In this document: in pieces, positions 58,501-64,000 of the stretch
Position numbering within the stretch: the first letter of the stretch is position 1
Layout of the letters: each line of letters opens with the position of its first letter
The notes under the pieces: generated by a model
Told to the model about the DNA's origin: nothing
Databases searched by the model: none
Seen by the model: the letters and a program-made list of their open reading frames with translations, nothing else
Position numbers and translations under genes: made by a program
Assembly: GCA_045614825.1 (NCBI GenBank)
Contig: JAZLDO010000040.1
Location: 3,815 to 67,814 of the forward strand
Direction of reading: 5' to 3'
Length of the DNA: 64,000 bases
Source: Candidatus Aphodosoma sp.
GTDB lineage: Bacteria > Bacteroidota > Bacteroidia > Bacteroidales > Paludibacteraceae

Positions 58501-58545
58501 AAGAGGCTGTGTCAAAATGTAAATTTTGGCTCAGCCTCTTTTAGA
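58501..58545 (+). terminator. Long compound hairpin terminator downstream of the 791-aa gene
   Basis: AAGAGGCTG..CAAAAT.GTAA.ATTTTG..CAGCCTCTTTT. Confidence 0.7.
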
Positions 58546-58722
58546 TAGTACATGACTGAGACTTAATATTGAAGTCCGTCTTTAAACGAAAGCAGAGTCA
58601 AGTTCACTATGTATGCTAAGTGTTGACTGACTCGATAAAATCAAAACAACGCAGCAATTTGGGCATTATAACACATCGCCTTTTTTATGCCTTTGTATCA
58701 AAAACTTATGTTTGTATTGTAG

Positions 58723-58742
58723 GGACACAGCGCGCTGTGTCC
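58723..58742. repeat. REP-like GC hairpin GGACACAGC-GC-GCTGTGTCC
   Basis: Perfect 9-bp stem preceded by TAG, like the other copies. Confidence 0.7.
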
Positions 58743-58784
58743 TATCGGTCGTTAGACCGACAATGAATAATGAAGAATTAGTAG

Positions 58785-58805
58785 GGACGCACGGCTCGTG
58801 CGTCC
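58785..58805. repeat. REP-like GC hairpin GGACGCACG-GCT-CGTGCGTCC
   Basis: Perfect 9-bp stem preceded by TAG. Confidence 0.7.
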
Positions 58806-59133
58806 GCTAATTTATATAGTGCTAAATCTATCGACCTCAACGAGGTCGAACAATATCTAACCGCAAGTAATTTTGAGCAAAGCGAAAAAATCACTTGCGG
58901 CTAAAAAATATCCTCTCCCAACACGACCCTAAATGGGTCGAACAATAAAAAATACAAAAAAGCAACTCCCCCTACCATCAGAATCACGCATAAAACCAAC
59001 TACATTCATTATTGTTTCTGGAAATAATTGAATAACCTACCAACCATCTCACCCAAAATTAGGGAGGGGAAGTGGCTAAAAACCGAGGATATAAAAAAAA
59101 CAAAAAATATTTTGTCATGTCAAAATAATGTTA

Positions 59134-59141
59134 TATATTTG
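59134..59141 (+). promoter_or_regulatory. -7 box TATATTTG upstream of the 668-aa gene
   Basis: 111 nt before the ATG. Confidence 0.5.
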
Positions 59142-59251
59142 CAACATAGTGTATTATGTGCTCATTAAAGTATAATGAGCATATGGTTCGTACACATTAA
59201 TAAATTAAAAATCAACAAATTACCACATTCGTAACTGTTAAATCAAAAAAT

Positions 59252-61258
59252 ATGAAAAAACTTTTTTATTCATTAGTTATTACCCTTTTTGCGCTAAATA
59301 TCAGCGCACAAAGCGTATATATCGTATCAGAAGATGCAAATGCACCCGAAGTTACAGTGCTATCATCAAGTTATAATATCACTCCATTGAATGGTACAAT
59401 ATATGCAAAGGCATGGGAAATATCTGGCGGTACTGGCGACTTGATGTTTTCTGCTGGCGACGACATATTTGAGATTATTGCAGAACCTTCGGTTGATAAG
59501 TATTATAAAATCGAATTTAGTTCTGGTATATATACCCTATCTGCGGCTTATAATAATACATACTCTACAAAATTATATATCAACTCTGAAGTTGAGAGTA
59601 GAGCTAATCTCGAATTATTAACTACTTTCAAAACAAATGTCAAAATAGAAAATAATGTTTTGGGTTACGATAAATGTTATACCTACTCGTGGGAAAGTTT
59701 TTGGAACGAAGCATCGAATATTAGATATGTCATTTTTTCTCAATCAGGCAGTCAATACAATAGCACAACTTCTTTGAAAAACGGCAAAGAATATGTTATA
59801 ACATACGATTATGCATCTTACCACTTCAGAAACAATGAACTCATAGAACCTAATGCAAACACATATAAACTCGCCATTGTAGAAATATCTAACAATGCTA
59901 CAATTTCGGGAGATGGCAATGTTATTGAAAACAATGGCTATGGTTTCTTTAAAGAGATTGTACGCACCAAAACATACTCACTTGCAGATGTTGAGAATTG
60001 GATTTGGATTTCATCACCTTATCGTGCAAATATCACAATCAAAGATGCTAATGGCATAAATCTCTCTCATGCCTACTACTTCAACGATAGCGACTACCAT
60101 GGTGGTGACTACCTATTGAAATACTACGATACCCAAGCAGCTGCCAATGCAAGCGAAAATACTTGGGTAGATACACGCATAAGTGTTCTTGAAGCGGGCA
60201 AAGGTTATATCCTCGGCATCAACCCCGCTGGTCTTACTGCTCCATTTACAGTAACTATCACTTCTACTCCAAACCAAATTATCGACACTTACACTCGTAT
60301 CGGTTTTGGCCATAACAACAACTACTCAAGTAGCATTGATGCTCAACATAGCAATCTTCACCTTGTTGGAACAGGACTTTACAATGAGCCTCGTGGCGTG
60401 AATTTTGGTGGCAAAGTAGCTCACATTTGTATTCCTAAACCAAATGGCTACTCATACCAATACCAATTCAATATGTCGGAAGACGACTATCAAGACAGCA
60501 TTGACTATCTCAAACCATATTCTGCATTCTTTATGCAATATGCAGGTGACTATACATTCCACAATTACAATGGTACAGAGATTGCACCTCGTGCTCCTCG
60601 TCGCTCTGCCAACGTTGCTCAAGAAATGGAAATCTATGAGATTTCACTCAACAACGAAACTACAACTATCATGATGGATGCCGATGGTACAGAGGGTTAC
60701 ACTATCAACGAAGACTTCATCTACTTCACACATACAGTTGATGGCACACAAATTGCAAATCAATTCTATACTTTCGATGGCGAAAATCAACTCTCATTCA
60801 ACCACCGCAAAAACCAAAACCAAACCATCACACTTGGTGGTAAAGTTGCTACTACAGGCGAATACACTATCTCGCTAAATAGTATCAATACAACTGCTAA
60901 TTCGGTAACATTGTTCGACGCTGTAGAAAATACAACTACCGAACTTACTACCAACGGCTATACTTTCACAGCCGAAGCTGGTTCTATCGACAATCGTTTT
61001 GTTATCACATTCAGTTTCGCACCTGGCGTAACTACCGACATTTTAACCACAGAAGCTAATCAGTTGATTGTATCAGGCAACGCAGATAACTGCACTATCG
61101 AAAACCTCATCGTAGGCGAACAAATAATGATTTTCGATGCTATGGGTCGTTTAGTTTACAACGCTCAAGCTGATGCAACTGCAATCAACATATCTCTCAC
61201 TGCAGGCACTTACATCGTTCGTCAAACTAACAACTTCACTAAATTCGTGGTTAAATAA
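59252..61258 (+). CDS. Secreted protein (668 aa) with a T9SS-type C-terminal sorting domain; paralogue of the C-terminal two thirds of the 791-aa protein
   Basis: Signal peptide ...LNISAQ. Shared blocks with its neighbour include W.W...PY, GTGLY, P(F/Y)(T/S)AFF(V/M)Q, (L/A)(S/A)FNHR and G(S/E)(I/L)D.RF. Tail: ...GEQIMIFDAMGRLVYNA...LTAGTYIVRQTNNFTKFVVK. Confidence 0.8.
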   Translation: MKKLFYSLVITLFALNISAQSVYIVSEDANAPEVTVLSSSYNITPLNGTIYAKAWEISGGTGDLMFSAGDDIFEIIAEPSVDKYYKIEFSSGIYTLSAAYNNTYSTKLYINSEVESRANLELLTTFKTNVKIENNVLGYDKCYTYSWESFWNEASNIRYVIFSQSGSQYNSTTSLKNGKEYVITYDYASYHFRNNELIEPNANTYKLAIVEISNNATISGDGNVIENNGYGFFKEIVRTKTYSLADVENWIWISSPYRANITIKDANGINLSHAYYFNDSDYHGGDYLLKYYDTQAAANASENTWVDTRISVLEAGKGYILGINPAGLTAPFTVTITSTPNQIIDTYTRIGFGHNNNYSSSIDAQHSNLHLVGTGLYNEPRGVNFGGKVAHICIPKPNGYSYQYQFNMSEDDYQDSIDYLKPYSAFFMQYAGDYTFHNYNGTEIAPRAPRRSANVAQEMEIYEISLNNETTTIMMDADGTEGYTINEDFIYFTHTVDGTQIANQFYTFDGENQLSFNHRKNQNQTITLGGKVATTGEYTISLNSINTTANSVTLFDAVENTTTELTTNGYTFTAEAGSIDNRFVITFSFAPGVTTDILTTEANQLIVSGNADNCTIENLIVGEQIMIFDAMGRLVYNAQADATAINISLTAGTYIVRQTNNFTKFVVK

Positions 61259-61332
61259 AATATTAACAAAAAAATAAATTAGATTCGAATGACACTCTCG
61301 TTGCGTGCTATTCGTTACTAAAAAACTAAAAT

Positions 61333-61953
61333 ATGAAAACTAAAATCTTTATTGTTGCAGCAATCTTATTTGCGAGTATTGTGAACATTAACGCAATGCC
61401 ACAAGTTGAATTTAAAAATCCAACAGAAAACAGAGAATTCAATACGAATACCACTCCGTTTGACGAAAAAAGAACAGAGGGGCTTCGTGAAGAATATAAC
61501 CAATTTGGACAACAACAACGCCACATCAACGTCAAAAGTGCTTCGTACGAACACTATAACCAAGTAGGTCACCAACAATCTATTCTTGGCAACCAAGATG
61601 CTGTTGCAAATCGTCCTCAATCGGCAACATTGAACAATAACCAATACAACTACGGTTCACAAAATAGTAATCGTAAGGCAGGTGTTGCGTCTAATGGCAC
61701 AAAAGTTTCGTACAATACGCCAATGTCGATTGAACAAATTAGTCGCCCATTGACTTCGGCTGCTGATGAAATGACTATTGAAACAGGTAGCCGCCAAAAT
61801 ATCTCTTTCGACAAAGAAACAGGTGAAGTAGATGGCGATGTTCTTCCTGTCAACCCTTACGACCCTCCAAAAACCGAACCTATCAGTGATGCAATACCAT
61901 TCATCATAATGCTCGCTGCGTTATACGCATTCATCATCCGCCGCAAACAATAA
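61333..61953 (+). CDS. Hypothetical Q/N-rich secreted protein with a C-terminal TM helix and basic tail
   Basis: 206 aa with signal peptide MKTKIFIVAAILFASIVNINA and a low-complexity Q/N-rich middle. It ends ...KTEPISDAIPFIIMLAALYAFIIRRKQ. Confidence 0.55.
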   Translation: MKTKIFIVAAILFASIVNINAMPQVEFKNPTENREFNTNTTPFDEKRTEGLREEYNQFGQQQRHINVKSASYEHYNQVGHQQSILGNQDAVANRPQSATLNNNQYNYGSQNSNRKAGVASNGTKVSYNTPMSIEQISRPLTSAADEMTIETGSRQNISFDKETGEVDGDVLPVNPYDPPKTEPISDAIPFIIMLAALYAFIIRRKQ

Positions 61954-61979
61954 AATTTATTTTCATACCATTATACAGT

Positions 61980-62008
61980 AGAGACGCAATACATTGCGTC
62001 TCTTTTTT
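61980..62008 (+). terminator. Intrinsic terminator downstream of the 206-aa gene
   Basis: AGAGACGCAAT-AC-ATTGCGTCTCT + TTTTT. Confidence 0.85.
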
Positions 62009-62141
62009 ATTCCCTATTCCCTATTAATATAGCGAAGCGTCTAAACCTTCTATATATTACATCATACTCCCCGAAAAAACCAAAATATCAAGCATATCCG
62101 GAATATCCGAACAAGCTTGCTATAACTCTGCCGAACGACAA

Positions 62142-62178
62142 GGAAGTCGCCGAAGGCAATCCTCAAAGAGGGAGGGGG
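62142..62178 (+). repeat. Second GC-rich repeat type, copy 2
   Basis: GGAAGTCGCCGAAGGCAATCCTCAAAGAGGGAGGGGG. Confidence 0.65.
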
Positions 62179-62352
62179 CTAAAAAAGGACAGTAATTAAA
62201 AAAAGTATTACAAAGAGTATTAAAAATCCCAGACTATTAACAATCGTCAACACACATAAAATAACGAATTTTAAGCAATATCTATAAAAAAACACACCTA
62301 TACCACCTTTAAAACGTCATACCAAAAAATGTTTTTTGTTGAATATTCAAAA

Positions 62353-62392
62353 CTACCCAATCAAAAATAAAAATTTGATTGGGTAGCTTTTT
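62353..62392 (+). terminator. Orphan intrinsic terminator with no annotated upstream gene
   Basis: CTACCCAATCAAA-AATAAAAA-TTTGATTGGGTAG + CTTTTT. Confidence 0.7.
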
Positions 62393-62485
62393 GTATTATC
62401 TACAAATCATTGCTATTCAGCCTCCTAAAACAACCGCTCAGTCCTCTAAAAGATAGCTTCATAATAATTCGAAAAATATATTTTG

Positions 62486-62493
62486 TAACTTTG
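62486..62493 (+). promoter_or_regulatory. -7 box TAACTTTG upstream of the Big_2 protein gene
   Basis: 50 nt before the ATG at 62543. Confidence 0.65.
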
Positions 62494-62542
62494 TAAGAAC
62501 TTTTTTCCAACATTTACTACACAAAAAAAAGAAATAACTGAT

Positions 62543-64000
62543 ATGAAAAAATTTAATTTACCTACCTTTTTAATTTTACTTTTTGCTCTCATATTACCCC
62601 AATATGTTGTAGCCAAAGATGCCGAAGTAGATGCTAACGTAATAACATCAGACGCAAATGGGCACTACCTTACTATCGACTATACTAAATATAGCAATTT
62701 TGAAACAAAAGAAATTAATGTCGAAAATTGGAAAACAACAAAAATCACAAACGCCTACAATCTCGATAATGGCAACCTCGACATTTCGTTCTACTATCCA
62801 TGCAACAAAGTAGATTTCAAAATTTCGACCACTTGGCTTTTCGCTTGGGGTGACGCCAATATTGCGATTGATGAAACATACAACAACAACGGAAGTTGGG
62901 ACGACTCGAAAGAGGTCGATAGTAAAACAAAAATAGAAGGACATAACAAAGAGTTTTCGATAACAGGAATAAGCCACTCGGAGAAAATTGCAAAAAAAAT
63001 AGCTTTTAAAAAGACTGGAGGTAATTCGAGTGGCAAATATGTCCACGACATAAAACTACACATTGCACCACACATCCTATTTTCATCGCCCACCACTTTC
63101 GACTTTGCAAAAACCAAAAAAGACGAATGTAATTCGTATCACACAATTGATTTCTACTCATTCCTCTCCGAAGGCGAATTGATAATCGAGCAACCTACTA
63201 ATTTCATCATTACAAGCATCAACGGACAAACTCCTATCCTTACAAATGGTGGATATCATATTGCCAACAACAACACTCTCAAATATATTGACGAAACAAG
63301 CGAACTTAAAAAATATAGCATCGTTGTGGGATTCAAACCTACAACAACAGGCAACATAACCGAAACTATAAAAATCAAAGACAACAAAAACGAAAAAACT
63401 ATTACGCTCAACGGTATTGGTTTCGACAAACAACCTCAAATCATTAGTTGGAATCAAAGCCTCGCTTCTTTAGAAGTCGGTACAACTACCCTCCTCGATG
63501 CTACTACCTCAAGCGGAATGGCTATAACCTACACTTCGTCTAACCCATCTGTCGTTTCGATTGATGGCAATATGCTAACAGCCCACAAAAATGGCACGGC
63601 TACTATCACAGCCCATGCAGAAGGCAACGACCTATACGCCCCTGCTACGATAGAAAAATATGCCAAAGTGGGCAATGGCAATATCGACAACTGCCAAGGC
63701 AATATAATACTTAAAACACATAATGGAGCTACGGGAACAAATTTTTCTTACACATTCACCGACCTTCCTCCAATAAAAGGCAAAATAGTAAAATATAATT
63801 ACACTATAGCAAAAAAACCAGGAGTATTTAGCAGCAACACCTCTTATTCGGTATCAATATCTAACAATATAGACAATAATAAAACAACCTTTTCGGAGAG
63901 TAATTCAGACCGCAAAAATACCAAAACAGGTTCATGCTCATACACATTTGAAAAAGAAGATATCACCGAACTAACACTGACAATGTCATCTAACCAAGGT
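62543..64000 (+). CDS. Secreted protein with a bacterial Ig-like (Big_2) domain, C-terminus cut by window edge
   Basis: My own translation from the ATG at 62543 is open for 486 codons to the window end. Signal peptide is MKKFNLPTFLILLFALILPQYVVA. Big_2-like block: LEVGTTTLLDATTSSGMAITYTSSNPSVVSIDGNMLTAHKNGTATITAHAEG. It is absent from the ORF track because it runs off the window. Confidence 0.7.
   Translation, partial: MKKFNLPTFLILLFALILPQYVVAKDAEVDANVITSDANGHYLTIDYTKYSNFETKEINVENWKTTKITNAYNLDNGNLDISFYYPCNKVDFKISTTWLFAWGDANIAIDETYNNNGSWDDSKEVDSKTKIEGHNKEFSITGISHSEKIAKKIAFKKTGGNSSGKYVHDIKLHIAPHILFSSPTTFDFAKTKKDECNSYHTIDFYSFLSEGELIIEQPTNFIITSINGQTPILTNGGYHIANNNTLKYIDETSELKKYSIVVGFKPTTTGNITETIKIKDNKNEKTITLNGIGFDKQPQIISWNQSLASLEVGTTTLLDATTSSGMAITYTSSNPSVVSIDGNMLTAHKNGTATITAHAEGNDLYAPATIEKYAKVGNGNIDNCQGNIILKTHNGATGTNFSYTFTDLPPIKGKIVKYNYTIAKKPGVFSSNTSYSVSISNNIDNNKTTFSESNSDRKNTKTGSCSYTFEKEDITELTLTMSSNQG

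Overview
Chromosomal window from a Bacteroidota, probably Bacteroidales-like. This call rests on TAnnTTTG -7 promoter boxes, signal peptides cleaved before Gln, and T9SS-type C-terminal tails. I found no rRNA, tRNA, CRISPR, transposase or integrase. Region 1-20.3 kb holds conserved housekeeping genes: a PlsC-like acyltransferase (partial), a lolD-like ABC ATPase, tcdA, a split chrA pair, gyrB, dnaN, prmC, recX, topA, hpt, adk, obg, a Nudix gene, a nadA-aroB-dapB-lepB operon and ychF. Region 20.9-51.1 kb is the main candidate system. It is a 30-kb same-strand locus of four signal-peptide-bearing, T9SS-tailed mosaic surface proteins (3739, 3445, about 1089 and 1119 aa). All four are built from the same module families, and they are arranged as two paralogous pairs around a beta-barrel/CRD/OmpA protein. 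Region 51.4-55.4 kb holds an M23/LysM peptidase, a four-helix-bundle (23S-IVS/Avd-like) gene flanked by inverted heptamer arrays, lpdA, and an orphan kinase-like ORF. Region 56-64 kb holds a second set of T9SS-tailed or Ig-like secreted proteins, separated by unusually long spacers rich in hairpins and repeats. Two window-wide signals stand out. First, tandem repeats with strict 7-nt periodicity sit at most gene boundaries in the housekeeping and 51-58 kb regions and lie in frame inside four CDSs; one orientation is a three-frame stop and the other is open in all frames. Second, plus-strand GC skew flips from G>C to C>G near 14-16 kb. All functional calls come from motifs read in the translations. 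No database search was run.
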